Origin: Octopus vulgaris
Taxonomy: Eukaryota
DNA: 64,000 nt
Reading direction: 5' to 3'
Assembly (NCBI GenBank): GCA_951406725.2
Contig: OX597821.1
Location: 558,001-622,000, forward strand
Part shown: positions 30,036-43,042 of the stretch, piece after piece
Numbering within the stretch: the first letter of the stretch is position 1
Layout of the letters: each line of letters begins with the position of its first letter
Program-made: the position numbers and the translations under genes
Notes under the pieces: model-generated
Databases searched by the model: none
Told to the model about the DNA's origin: nothing
Seen by the model: only the letters and a program-made list of their open reading frames with translations

Positions 30036-30305
30036 TTTCAAATATGAATCCATTGCTTAACTTAATAGGTAACATTATATAAAATCATATTATTACATAA
30101 CCATACCATTTCTTCAGGTGATATTCTGATGGATATTTTCCAGGTGATACACTACAAAATATTTTGGTGTTTTGCCAAAATATTTGGTAGAATATCATTT
30201 GGAAAATATCTGAGAGAATATCCCCTGAAGAAATGGTATGGTTATGTAATAACATGAATTTATAGACTTTTATCTATTACATTATGCAATGGATTCATAT
30301 TTGGA
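30036..30305. repeat. Decayed ~270-bp foldback palindrome
   Basis: Arms pair: CAAATATGAATCCATTGC/GCAATGGATTCATATTTG, TTATTACATAACCATACCATTTCTTCAGG/CCTGAAGAAATGGTATGGTTATGTAATAA and AAATATTTTGG/CCAAAATATTT around a short loop near 30170. Confidence 0.85.
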
Positions 30306-30516
30306 GTATACAACTCTATTGAAACATGAACAGTGATGATTTGAACCAGCCATTCATTTGAATACTTGAAATGAGAGGTAGATCGACAGCTGATGAAGGG
30401 TCTTCTTTCTCTGTTAACTTGCCCTGTTTTCCATTTTTTTCGTGGTGTTTACGTATTTCACTCATTTTCCATGTTATTTGGACAGTTGGTGACGTCCTGT
30501 ACCCATACATACATAA

Positions 30517-30554
<38 letters not shown>

Positions 30555-31199
30555 CAAGAGTTATTAGTTAGAAATTTTGAATCCAGACAAAATACTTTAT
30601 AAGTTCTCTGTTAATACACAATGCTAACAATATTATTTAGATTAGTAAAGAACTCTGTGTCTTCTTGTGGCAGGATCCGCAGTTATAGTCCATCACCATT
30701 GTATATTGTAAATCCATTGTTGTGTTCTGGTTATACCGGATTTTACTCAGACAAGGTATAAATAATGGTCACTGCATATTACCTTATTGGTGTAAATTTG
30801 ACTTTACTACCATAAAGTAGTATGTACGGATCATTATTTATGCTTTGTCTTACATATTTATATATTTATTAGTCCCACTGTGTAATACCTTATGTCTTCT
30901 GCTATAGTCCCAGGCTAACCAAAACTTTGTAAGTGGATCTGGTAGATGGAAACTGAAAGAAGCTTGTCATATTTATTTATAAGCACAGGCATTTATAAGC
31001 ACATGGCTGTGTGGTAAGAAGCTTGCTTCTCAACCACATGGTTCCAGGTTCAGTCCCACTGCATAGCATCTTGGGCAAGTGTCTTCTACTATAGTCTCAG
31101 GCCGACCAAAGCCTTGTGAGCAGATTTGGTTGGTAGAAACTGAAAGAAGCTTGTCACACACACACACACATATAGGTATGACAAGATGGTTCATAAAGG

Positions 31200-31690
31200 G
31201 GTCATTCACAATGACTAGTGTAGCAGCACCATAGTCAACTGTTACAAAAGTAAAGGTGATGCCTTAGAAAGAAATAATTATAGAGGTATCAAATTGCTGG
31301 ATCAGGTGATGAAATTTACAGAGAGAGAGTCATAGCCCAACTAATTAAGGACAGAGCTGGCTTAGATGAGATACAGTTTGGTTTTGTGCCAGAGAGAGGC
31401 ACCACTGATGCTACATTTCTGGTGAGGCAGCTGCAGGAGAAATACCTGGCTAGAGATAAAGCTCTGTGCTTGTCCTTTGTTGACTTGGAGAAAGCCTTTG
31501 ACATGATCTCCCAATCCCTTATCTGGTGGTCAATGTGGAAACTAAGGATAGATGAGTGGTTGGTAAGTGCTGTACAAGTCATGTACAGGGATGCTACCAG
31601 TAAGGTGAGGTTGGCAATGAGTACAGCAAAAAATTCAGGGTACAAGTAGAGGTTCACCAAGGATCGGTGCTCAGCCCCGTCTTGTACATC
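31200..31690 (+). pseudogene. RTE-clade LINE reverse-transcriptase fragment
   Basis: KGDALERNNYRGIKLLDQVMKFTERVIAQLIKDRAGLDEIQFGFVPERGTTDATFLVRQLQEKYLARDKALCLSFVDLEKAFD...; frameshift, then VHQGSVLSP. Confidence 0.9.
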
Positions 31691-31802
31691 ATATATATAT
31701 ATATATATAAAGGGAAAGTTTACGAAAATAAACAAAAGACAAAGGCAGGTGGAGTACAAACAAACAAATGTATTAGTATAATGCTCAGGAATAGAAAAAG
31801 TG

Positions 31803-31836
31803 TTTTACGTTTCGAGCCTACGCTCTTCTACAGAAA
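31803..31836 (-). ncRNA. Hammerhead-like motif (non-canonical core) in a (TA)n-flanked cassette 31710-31868; decayed opposite-orientation copy at ~46600-46800
   Basis: UUU CUGUAGA A GAGC-GUAG-GCUC GAAA CG UA AAA; A6 replaced by U. Confidence 0.4.
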
Positions 31837-31868
31837 GGTACACAGAAAAAAACAAGGAGAGAAAAATA

Positions 31869-31900
<32 letters not shown>

Positions 31901-34356
31901 CAAAATAAGCAAATAAGCTGAACTCATCTACCATACCCAAAGTATATATACATGTATATATATTTTTGAGTGCCCTTCTTTTGTTTGTCCATTTATTTGT
32001 CTATGTGTATATATATATGTGTGTTTATATATATTTATGTGCGAGTGTCTTCGTTCCCCCACTACAGTGTTAGTGTATTTATGTTCCTGTAACTTGGCAG
32101 TTCAGTAAAAGAGACTGATAGTATAAGTACTAGGCTAACAAAGAATAAATCATGGGGTCGATTTCTTTGACTAAAAAATCCTGTGAGGCATGGCCGCAGT
32201 CAAATGAGTGAAACAAATAAAAGAATGAAAGTACATGTTGTACATTAGCTCACTCTCTTCGTAAAAATCGACGTTACCTGAACAGGTGCACAGTGTGGCA
32301 CGCATCAGGTGTCAAAGTGAATGCAGGGCAACATGAAAAGAAGCGTTTTGCACAAGAACATGGCTCCATCGTCCGGTCCAGGAATTGAAACCATGAGCTT
32401 GCAATCATGAGTGCAACACCACAACCACTTGGCCATATGCCCTCACAAATACCAGTAGTACACTGACCATAACTATGGGGCAGTGGGTGGAGGAGGAGTC
32501 TCTTAGGGAGCCAAACTCATGCAACCACCTCTGCAACCACTACTATCACCATTAGTACTTCTACCACCACCACCGTTACTACTTCTACCACCACTATTAT
32601 TATTATTATTATTATTTCTTTATAACTACCACTACCATCGCCAATACTACCACCACTGAAACAACAACTATTACTACTACCAAAATCTAATTATATATTG
32701 ATACCTCCCCCTCGTCCTACTATCATAACTACTACTACTACTACTACTGCGGCTGCTGCTGCTGTTACTACTGCTACTACCACCACCACTGCAGCTGCTG
32801 CTGCTTCTACAACTGCTACTGAGTTCAACTGATCCCTCTGCAAACCATTCTTTCCCCCATACAAGTTCAATGTTCTGTGGCTTCAAGACAAAAACTCAGG
32901 AAAGAAAAAAATGAAACAAACAAAAAACAAACAAGAGCGCCTTAGGTCTTTGCTCCTCACTTCACCCTCTCCAGACACCACCGCCACCTTCACCACCCAA
33001 TGGAAAGAAGAAAATCCTCTACCCCTCCTCCCACCACCATTCGTGATAATCCACCTCCCTGCTTGCCCCTACCCCACCACCACTTCTATGGGCCCATCAC
33101 ATTTAAACATCACCACCACCACCACCACCACCAATAACCCATGGAGAGAATTTCTACCTCACTCCCGCCACCCTATAGCCACCACCACCACCACCACCAC
33201 CACCACCACCACCACCATCTTGAAAGAAGGATAGGGTGTGGGTGTGTGGGTGTGAGAGGTGGGGGTAGGGCCTTCATCTAAGATATATCCAGCAAAGTTA
33301 GAGAAAAATAAAGGAAGCAGAACAGGGACAGCATGGGATGGTTGGGGTGTGTGAGGGAGAGAGGGGGGTGGGAGAGAGAGGGAGAAGGTAGGACAGACAG
33401 ACAGACAGACAGACAGTAAAGTAGCTGACTGTAGTTTGGTAAAAGGTTTTAATTTCCTGCAATGTGAGCTTTACTATTTACATTGTGGAGGTGGTAGTGG
33501 TCACAGTGGTAGTGTAGTACCAGCGGTAGTAGTAGAAGTAGTAGTGGCAGTGGTAGTAATGGTGGTTGCAGTAGTAGTAGTAGTGATATCGGTGGTAGTA
33601 GTGGCGGTAGTAATTGTGGTGATAGTAGTTGTGGTGGTGATGGTAGTATTGGTTGTAGCAGTAGTGGTGGTGGTGGCTGTAGTAGTTTAAGTAGTAGTGG
33701 TAGTGGTGGTGGTGGTGATAGTTGAAGTAACAGTAGCGGTGGTGGTAACAGAAGCGGTAGTAGTGGTGGTAATATGATAGTTTAGATGGTAGTGGTAGTG
33801 ATATTACTGGTGATGGTGGTGGTGGTGGTGGTAGTTGTTCTGATTTAATCAATGAAGCAGTGCATATTGGTGGGGGAGTGAGGTGATGGTCCAAATATCT
33901 TGTACTCTGTATGTGTGTGTATACACACTCACACACACACACACACATACACACACATGCATAGTAGACACACAGACATTCTCCTTCCCATCTTAGCTGA
34001 TCACTCAAGCCTAGATTGTGTGTGTGTGAGTGTGTTTGTGTCCATCTGAGAAATATATAAGTTGAATAGGGGTGGGGGAAAGATTGCTTAAGAAATGATA
34101 AACAAAGGAATATAAAAAAATAAGCTGCTCCTACTGCTGCTACTACTACTATTGATAATAATAATAATAATAATAATAATAATCCTTTCTACTAAAGGTA
34201 CAAGGCCTAAAATTTTGAAGGGAAGAGGTAAGTTGATTACATTGACCCTGTAAAGATGAAAGGCAAAGTTGACCCTGGTGGAATTTGAACTCAGAATGTG
34301 ATGACATGCCGCAAAAGCATTTTGCCAGGCATGCTAACGATTCTGCCAGCTCACTG

Positions 34357-34390
<34 letters not shown>

Positions 34391-35363
34391 TATTATTATT
34401 CAAAATTTTTACCATGAGGGAGAGAATTAAGTCGATTACATCGACTCCAGTATGTAACTGGTACTTATTTAATTGACCCTGAAAGGATGAAAGGTAAAGT
34501 TGACCTTGGCAGAATTTGAACTCAGAATGTAGAGGCAGACGAAATACCACTAAGCATTTCACCTGGAGTGCTAATGATTCTGAAGAATAATAATATTCGC
34601 TGGTGTAGTGTGGTTAGAGTGTGGAGCTTACGATCGTGAGGTTATGAGTTCAATTCCTGGACCGGGCTGTGTGTTGTGTTCTTGAGCAAGACACTTTATT
34701 TCACGTTGCTCCAGTTCACTCAGCTGTGGAAATGGGTTTCAACATCACTGGTGCCAAGCTGTATCGGCCCCTTTGTCTTTCCCTTGGATAACATCAGTGG
34801 TGTGGAGAGGAGAGGCTGGTATGCATGGGTGACTGTTGACCTTTTACAAACAACCTTGCCCGGACATGTGCCTCAGAGAGTAACTTTCTAGGTGCAATCC
34901 CATGGTCATTCATGACCGAAGGGGGCTCTCCATGTATATATTTCCAATACACACACACACACACTCACAGAAATAATATATGCAGGGTACCTCCAAACAT
35001 GAGGTGGTCTATAAATTCACATCTTGCCAGAAAAATCGTCCTCCCTTAAATCACTCCCTACCATCTTAAAGAAACAGAAAAGGAAGGACACATTAAATAG
35101 TGTAGTCTCAGATACACTAAGCATGAGCTTGGCAAAACAAAACAAGAGAAACACTGGAGAGGATGGTCATTGTCTCAGAACATCACTGTTTATATATGTT
35201 TCAACCTCATACCTGACTCAGACCTAGGGCTAAACAATAAGTAGACACCCATCCAGCCACCCACTTATTCAGTCAGCCATGCACCCTCTTATCTACCCAG
35301 TTATCCAACTATGAATCTAAATCCATCCATACACATACATCTCAGCACACGCACACATACAAT

Positions 35364-35397
<34 letters not shown>

Positions 35398-35444
35398 AAT
35401 ATATATACATATACACATGCACAACTATATACATACATACACGT

Positions 35445-35492
<48 letters not shown>

Positions 35493-36989
35493 CCCACACA
35501 CAAATATATATGTATACACTTACACACAACTATATACATACATCCATACATACATATACTCACAAATATATATCCAAACAAATATACACACACACACACA
35601 CACACACATATGAATCAATCTATTGACTCATTAGTCTAGCCAGATAGACAATTGCACCTGTATTTGTGGACATAATGCAATTAACCAATGTCACATTGAA
35701 TTGTCAATCAGTGAAAAGGCGTGGCCAGCTACACCTGCTCTGGTCTCCACATTCAAACTGAAAGAAGGTCAACTCTCTTTTAAAAGGTTTCTATTTACAA
35801 CAGAGTTACCTCGCCCTCCTCATCTCTCCTTTATTTCCTCATATTCTGGGTTCAGTAAAAGATGGGTGTGCACATGCAATGGTGTGTGTGTGAGAGAGAG
35901 AGACACTGTGTGTGTGAATGCATCAGGTGTTTGTGTGTAAGTGGTATGTCTGTATTTGTGAGTCATTGTGTATGTGTGTGCAAGAGTGTGTGTATGTGTA
36001 TCAAGAGTGTGTGTGTGTGTGTATGAGTGAATGTGCATGCATGTGAAGGTGTGTGTGTGTGTGTGTATGTGCATGCAAGTGTGTGTGTGTGTGAATGAGT
36101 CTGTGCATGGGTGTGAGTGGGCGAGCATTTGTGTGTGAGTGTTAATGCAAGAGAGTGTGTGTGTGTGTGTGTGTGGGCGAGTGTGTGTGTGTGTGCACAC
36201 ACGCAAATGTATGTGTGTGTGTGTGCATAAACCTGAGCATGAATGACTGTGAATATGACTGATTGAATGAGCGTGTGTTCATATATTTGTTAGTGTGTGC
36301 GTATGTACCATGTGTATGTGTATATGTGAAGTGTGTGTGTGTGTGTGCGTGTGTACCATGTGTCTGTGTATATGTGAAGTGTGTGTGTGTGTGTGTGCGT
36401 GTGCACGTGTACAAGTGTATCACAAAATGAAAGGAAGAGTCGAAGAGTTTGCAACAGGATGTTCCATTTGATACTTATATGTATCAGTGAGCATGCACAA
36501 GGGGTGGTGGGGTGAGTATTGATGTAAAACAAGGTGGGGCAACAACAAGGAGGGTGTGGAGGCTAGGGAAAGGGGTTTTATGGGTGGGAGTATACATAGG
36601 TGTGGACATGATGACTATGCTGGGTGAGCAAGAAGTTATACAGGTGTGTCTGAGGGCTTTGTTTACATACTGTTATGTGTGTGTGTGTGTGTGTGTGTGT
36701 TTACATAGCCACCGAGTAGTGTTATACATGAGTAACACTAAGACTGGTTTATATATCTGTACACATACATGCACCCACAGAAATATATATGTGTACATTT
36801 TCATATATATTATGTGTTTATATGCATATAAACACACATATGTGCATATAGAAATATATATATATACACATAGAAATGTATACACACATATGTATATATA
36901 CATATTCACACACACAGACACATATATACATGTATGCGTATGTGCATGTATGTATGTATGTGTGTGTATATATATATATATATTGGCTG

Positions 36990-37378
36990 AGTGGTTCTGA
37001 GTTCAGTCCCACTGCATGGCACCTTGGGCAAGTGTCTTCTACTATAGCCTTGGGCCGACCAAAGCCTTATGAGTGGATTTGGTAGATGGAAATTGAAAGA
37101 AGCCTGTCGTATATATGTATGTGTATATATATATATATATGTATGTATGTATGTGTGCGTGTATGTTTCTGTGTCTGTGTTTGTCCCCCTAGCATTGCTT
37201 GACAACCGATACTGGTGTGTTAATGTCCCCGTCACTAAGCAGTTCCGCAAAAGAGACCGATAGAATAAGTACTAGGCTTACAAAGAATAAGTCCTGGAGT
37301 TGATTTGCTCGACTAAAGGCAGTGCTCCAGCATGGCTGCAGTCAAATGACTGAAACAAGTAAAGAGAGAAAGAGAGAG
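36990..37378 (+). mobile_element. Family A SINE, 5'-truncated
   Basis: Matches family A consensus from GGTTC..GTTCAGTCCC to the AAGTAAAGAGAG tail. Confidence 0.85.
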
Positions 37379-38025
37379 AGATATACACACACACATTATA
37401 CAAGCACACCTGTACGTGTATGTGTGTATACAGTAATCATTATAAGCCATATTTCACACATATACACACACACACATTGTACAAGCACAGCTGTACATGT
37501 ATATGTGTATACAGTAACCACTATAAACCATATTTCATATATATATATCTCAGTCACACAAGGGGTTGATTCATAATTATCTCTAATCAATAATTTATAT
37601 TGAATACACTGAAGTGAGACAATAACAACCACAGTCAGAATTTGTCACCACAACAACACCACCACCTACTAGTTACCACCACTAATACTACTTGTTCTAC
37701 TTTAACAACAAAACTGCTTCTCATCCCCACAGCTGATGTTACACTTCTGCTGCACCATCCATACCACTCCTTGTTACCACCTCAAGCACCACTACTAGTA
37801 CTACTACCACTGGGACAACGACCATACTGTTATTTGTTACTGACACTAATACTACTACTACCAGTGCCATTGCTTGTTATCACCACAGGCATCACCATGA
37901 CTATACCACTATTTGCCACTACCACTAACACCACTACTTCCATCACAACAATACCATTCTTGCTACCACTTCCGATGCCATTTTCAGAAGTTATTTGTCT
38001 CTCAATGGACAGAGGAACAATGTTG

Positions 38026-38461
38026 GGATCTTTTCTGTTTGACCGGCAGTTTTTTAAAATAATTTCCACGTAACTAAACACTTTTAAACTTCGTATACTG
38101 GTAGAATGTGTTTATAAATCATCTTTTTCTCTTGGCTTTATTGAGAAAATTCTATAGTTTGTAAGATATTTTTGTTTTTTCTTCAATTTCTGCAATTTCA
38201 ACCAATCAATGACGTCTATTGAGGTGAAAACATTCTGTGTCATATGAATATGTCCCTCGTTTAAGAAACAGATTGGGTTTATTTACATTTCTGAAGAAAA
38301 AAAGATACCCTTCCCCCCACCCCTAACCCTAACCAACCCTAACTCTAACCCTAACCCTAAAACAGATTGAAATGCAATAGATCGATACTAGAGTCATAAT
38401 TATGGGTGACAATTTCATATGACACCGCTAGAAAAAACTGCCGGTCAAACCGAAAAGATCC
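38026..38461. mobile_element. 436-bp MITE with ~30-bp TIRs, 8-bp TSD and internal (CCCTAA)n repeats (Merlin- or hAT-like)
   Basis: caatgttg|GGATCTTTTCTGTTTGACCGGCAGTTTTTT ... AAAAAACTGCCGGTCAAACCGAAAAGATCC|aaatgttg. Confidence 0.85.
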
Positions 38462-38466
38462 AAATG

Positions 38467-38513
38467 TTGTTCTCTGATGAGATCCCAAAAAGAATTGAAA
38501 CCAGTCCAAGCAA
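38467..38513 (+). ncRNA. Decayed minimal type I hammerhead motif
   Basis: CUGAUGA GAUCC-CAAAAA-GAAUU GAAA CCAG UC: canonical core and GUC triplet, with stems II and III explicable as decay of GGAUC and CCGG; proximal stem I mismatched. Confidence 0.45.
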
Positions 38514-38746
38514 TCTCACATGTTCTGCTCATGGAGTGATAAAAACTTTTGTTTAAACTTCACAGTCAAGCTAAAATTGCATGAAATCACGCTGCGGTCA
38601 AGTTCACCTTTCGTCCTTTCAAGGGTTGATGAAATAAAGTACCAGTCATGTACTTGGGTCCATATAATTGAGTACTCTCCTCCCCTCAAAATTCCAGGCT
38701 TTGTGTCTATTTTTAGAAGCGATTATTAAAGACACACCATCTTTAA

Positions 38747-38967
38747 CCCTTTTGATACCAACCTAGCTGAAACCACCCCTGGCTCTGAGTATAAATGTCT
38801 TGTTTTCATAAGTTTTGAATTAAAATCTTCCACCAAACCTTAGTCTCAATTTATGTTCCTAACACTAGCTTAATGGTAACTAAGTTATTTTACTAAATTC
38901 CCTGTTATATTTAAAGTTAATTGAAAGAAACACAGAGCATCTCAAAATAAATACGGTAACAAAAGGG
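38747..38967. mobile_element. piggyBac-type MITE (221 bp)
   Basis: TTAA|CCCTTTTGATACC ... GGTAACAAAAGGG|TTAA. Confidence 0.85.
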
Positions 38968-39497
38968 TTAATAAAGACATGGTCCCTCTAACAGTCACAA
39001 CTTTTACAAGGGAGATAATCATTTCATCCTAATTCAAAGCCAGATCTAACAGAAATTTGAAATTAAGGAAAAAAAATATTAAAATTTTTTGTTTCCCTAA
39101 CCTGAATTTCTTAAAGCCTTTAGTTGTCAGTATTCATGTAGACTTATGTCACAGATCAAAGAAGGCCAATAGAAACTCTAATTGCTTCTCGTTCCTCCAG
39201 ACCTAACAACTAAAACTAAGAAAACAGACATATGCGAACAACAATTACCATTTCCTTCAGTAGGATTGGCACTGTTGCGGGAGTATTTAGTAGTTGCAAA
39301 ACACTTTGAAATTGAACCCAGACTACTGTATTCAATGCCAAAGAACAACTAAGTATACAAACATGATTCACAGAAATATTGCTGTCATCAAAACATTAAC
39401 TTTCCAAAACTGCTGGTGGAACAGGAATAAATCTTTGGTGCACTTCTTTCTGACCAACAGCAATGGTTATGTATTTAGGGCATTTTCTCTACTAATA

Positions 39498-39659
39498 GGC
39501 ATAGGAGCGGCAGTGTGGTAAGTCGCTTGCTTACAAACCACATTGTTCTGGGTTCAGTCCCACTGTGTGGCATCTTGGGCAAGTGTCTTCTACTATAGCC
39601 TCAGGCCAACCAAAGCCTTGTGAGTGGATTTGGTAGACGGAAACTGAAAGAAGCCCGTC

Positions 39660-39721
<62 letters not shown>

Positions 39722-39924
39722 ATGTGTTTGTGTGTCTGCGTTTGTCCCCCCAAACATCGCTTGACAACCAACCAAAAATTAGCAGTTCAGCAAAAGAGAA
39801 CCGATAGAATAAGTACTGGGCTTACAAAGAATAAGTCCTGGGTCGATTTGCTCGACTAAAGGCGGTGCTCCAGCATGGCCGCAGTCAAATGACTGAAACA
39901 AGTAAAAGAGTAAAAGAAAAAGAG
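39498..39924 (+). mobile_element. Family A SINE, near full length
   Basis: Matches family A consensus, with expanded central (TA)n. Confidence 0.85.
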
Positions 39925-40724
39925 TAATGAGTAGAAGCTAGAGTAGACAGCTTGGTGGACATTTCTCTGCTGCTTTCTGCTATGATAAGGAACAGCAATG
40001 ACTGTGGTAGCAGCAGTGATGTACCATGACCAGCTAACTTCAAGGAACTCACTATGGTGACCGCTGTTATACAGGTATAACAATACCTCATACACTTCCA
40101 ACTATCTTAATGTAAACATCATTTATTTGTTCTTTGTAAAAACGACAATATTATTTTATAAACGATGAGAATAGTTTTGCATTAAAAATCTTAGCAGAAT
40201 TTGTGTTCTTTCAATACCGAATCATACACACCATTCATACACACTTAGAAATATCTTATTGCTACAGTGAATGAAATCAAAGAAGTAATATAAATATTAT
40301 TTATAATATAATAATAATAATAATAATTAATATTTATAAGATATATATTCTGCTATGGTAAACTATTTGGTGATGCTTCATAGATCCTAACAAACTGTAC
40401 TACATCATTATTTTGATACCCAAGGAAAGTACAAATAGCTGAACTTGAATTTACAGTCCCAGTGAATAAAAGTACAGTTGCTAAGCTCCTTGAGCTGTTG
40501 ACTCACAAATATCACTCGAAATAGAAAAAAAAACCCAACTTATTTATTGGTTAATTGTTTTATAAATAATATAAGTATATAACCATTGTGTCTTTGATTT
40601 TATTCATTAGTTAAGTGTTACATATATAAAGAGTTGCAATGAAACTTCAAAGTTACTGTCAACCATTTCCATGTTAAATGAAACTGATGCTCTACTCGAG
40701 TGCTCCACCAATTAATGTTCGACT

Positions 40725-41552
40725 TCTATACATATAAAACTCAACTTGTGTGTCTCTGTGTGTATCTGTGTGTGTGTCTGTGTGTTTAACTTCCCGGCAC
40801 ATCTCCTCCTAGCCAACAAATCATAGAACCACCAAAAATGGGTCACTTAAAGTTTAGGCGAATGAAAATTGAACTGCGCTATTTCTGTTCCGAAATTCAT
40901 CACGCAATTGCAAAAATCGATAATGTGTTTGTTTAGGCCTTATCCCATGCATTGAATAGTGAACTTTACTCAGTCAGCTGTTTGACGTGAACTGTGTTCA
41001 CCACGCGTGCAAGCATGCGTAAATTGCATGAAAAATAAAAAATCAAGATATAAAAACGAATTGCTGTAAACATTGTAGAAATTCGGCAAAGAAATGAATT
41101 TTCGGAATGTAGACTGGAGGGTTTTTTCGTATTAATCGTTTGGACTTTGTGAACACATACCAATTGTTTTCATACCATTTTTAACCTTTTGAATTAAATG
41201 TGACTATTTTGTGTTGAGTCTGCGGTTTGAATCACTTTAACCAAATTTTAGCAGGCCGGATTTTTGATCATCACGATACATCGCCAGCGACTCCCTGAAA
41301 CTCTCCCCTGAAATCCCTGTTGAGAAATACTGATCTAAAATAATAATTCAACAATGCAATTATTTGATCAACAAAAATTTATGAAATGCTTCTATGTACT
41401 TCCTATTGAGGAAATGGAACACATAAGCACAAAAATAGAGGGCATTAAATGCTTGATTTTAAAACCAAAATAATTGAATTTTGATTGAACTTCATCCAAG
41501 TTTAGCTTAATTCTCGCGTGCATAGAACGCACGAGCCGGGCAATACTGCTAG
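40725..41552 (+). mobile_element. Non-autonomous Helitron
   Basis: 5' TCTATACATATAAAA, 3' subterminal hairpin CGTGC-ATAGAAC-GCACG and terminal CTAG|T; CpG-rich. The 5' ~300 bp is shared with 55663-55964. Confidence 0.75.
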
Positions 41553-41725
41553 TTATATATATAAGAGGACAACAAATGCTAAGGCAAGACAGAATCTACA
41601 ATATTTCCATAACTCCCATCTTGGCTAAGAGCTTGGAGCCCTGGTAATCCATTACAGCACTTACCTGGCATACCGAGTCATTTAGATCACCTGTGAGCTA
41701 AACCCCCATATTTTGTGTGTGTGTA

Positions 41726-41777
<52 letters not shown>

Positions 41778-42570
41778 CACATACATCCCATATTTGATGA
41801 TATAAAAGACACATGGGCATATTAGACCAACTCCAATTTCAGTAGTGCATATTCAGTACCAGGTACAAAATTAACTTCTAGCAGGACCAACTTGGGTGAT
41901 TTGTTGAAATACATTTTCTTGAAAAAAAGTATGACTCTTATATATCTTCAAACACGGTAAATACACATAAAAACTATATATATACATGGTGAGACAGAAA
42001 AACCTTCCATTGATGTGCCACTAGTGAAGTTAGGTATTAGGCAGATGGTAACAATGTCTTAATGTAGCTAATATTTTAGCTTTTACTTGTTACTGTAATG
42101 GTTTGGACTATTAAAAACATTTTAAATTAAACACATGCGGTTCTTCTAACAGTCACAACTATTACAAGGGAGATAATTATTTCCCTGTAATTCAAAGCAA
42201 GATCAAACAAAAACTCAAAATTAAGGAAAAAGATGCTTAAAATTTTTTTGTTGTTTTCTCAACATGCGCTTACTGTTAAAGCATTTATCAAGAATGGTGA
42301 ATTTGATTGTTTTTTATGACAATGTGTGTGTGGTGTATTACAAATGCTCACTATGACTTCAAAGATTTGCTGAGAAAAGCTTCTCAAACTTGTGGTGTTT
42401 CATAAGTGTTTCTTCCATAACAGAAACTTCAAAGTTACAATTGACTTTTTAAAAATAGATTGACTGCAAATTATGTATTTTGTCTGTCAATCGTTCATTT
42501 CAGTTTTACATTTTATAAAGAAAAAGTGGACAATGGATGTGTAAAATAGAAAGAGAAAAGTGAGACAAAC

Positions 42571-42619
42571 CTGCCCTACTCTCACTATCAGCAGGTTTGA
42601 CTTGTATTGGACGGTTCAT
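42571..42619 (-). CDS. CELF: Internal 49-nt coding exon of a CELF3-6 / Bruno-3-like (CUGBP Elav-like) RNA-binding protein gene: end of RRM1 and RRM1-RRM2 linker
   Basis: Minus strand reads tctctctattttcag|ATGAACCGTCCAATACAAGTCAAACCTGCTGATAGTGAGAGTAGGGCAG|gtttgt = MNRPIQVKPADSESRA+G. This is near-identical to the MNRPIQVKPADSESRG segment of CELF3/4/5/6. It has a polypyrimidine tract, AG acceptor and GT donor, phase 0 in and phase 1 out. No neighbouring exons were recognised in the window. Confidence 0.93.
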
Positions 42620-42696
42620 CTGAAAATAGAGAGAATGGATGATTGTTATGAGACTATCATAGGAGATATAGCAGAAACAACAACAACAACAAAAAT

Positions 42697-43042
42697 AACA
42701 AGAGCACTCAGAGAGTGCAAATCTCCACCAAGGCAGCACCAACATCCTCTCAATGATTAGCCGGAGATGATTTTTAAAATGAGAAGATCTGAAATAAACT
42801 TGACTGCTCTCACAAATGAGAATACTAAAAATGAACCCGACTGCTCTCAAAAATTAAGCAAAAAAACTGGAAAAATAATCCAGAATCCTTGTCCAGTACC
42901 AGATTGATCCGAAAATCAAACCAGTTCATGCCAGTCATGAGACCAAACATTCCTGAAAGTTTCATCTGAATCCATTCAGTGGTTCTTGAGATATCTTGTC
43001 CAAGGACAAACAAACATGCCTGAAAACAATACCTCCACCTTC
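42697..43042. mobile_element. HINE/DINE-1-like (Helentron-associated) element just upstream of the CELF exon acceptor
   Basis: AACAAGAGCACTCAGAGAGTGCAAATCTCCACCAAGG start, AAGTTTCATC-GAATCC motif, (CAAA) repeat and GAAAACAATACCTCC end, typical of this class. Confidence 0.55.

Noticed and set aside
41659-41670. ACTTACCTGGCA matching the 5' end of U1 snRNA
   Set aside because: No further U1 similarity; better read as a donor-like site on the - strand.
42506-42850. 114-aa ORF containing the CELF peptide
   Set aside because: Only 42571-42619 is exon; the rest is intron and HINE-like sequence that happens to be open.
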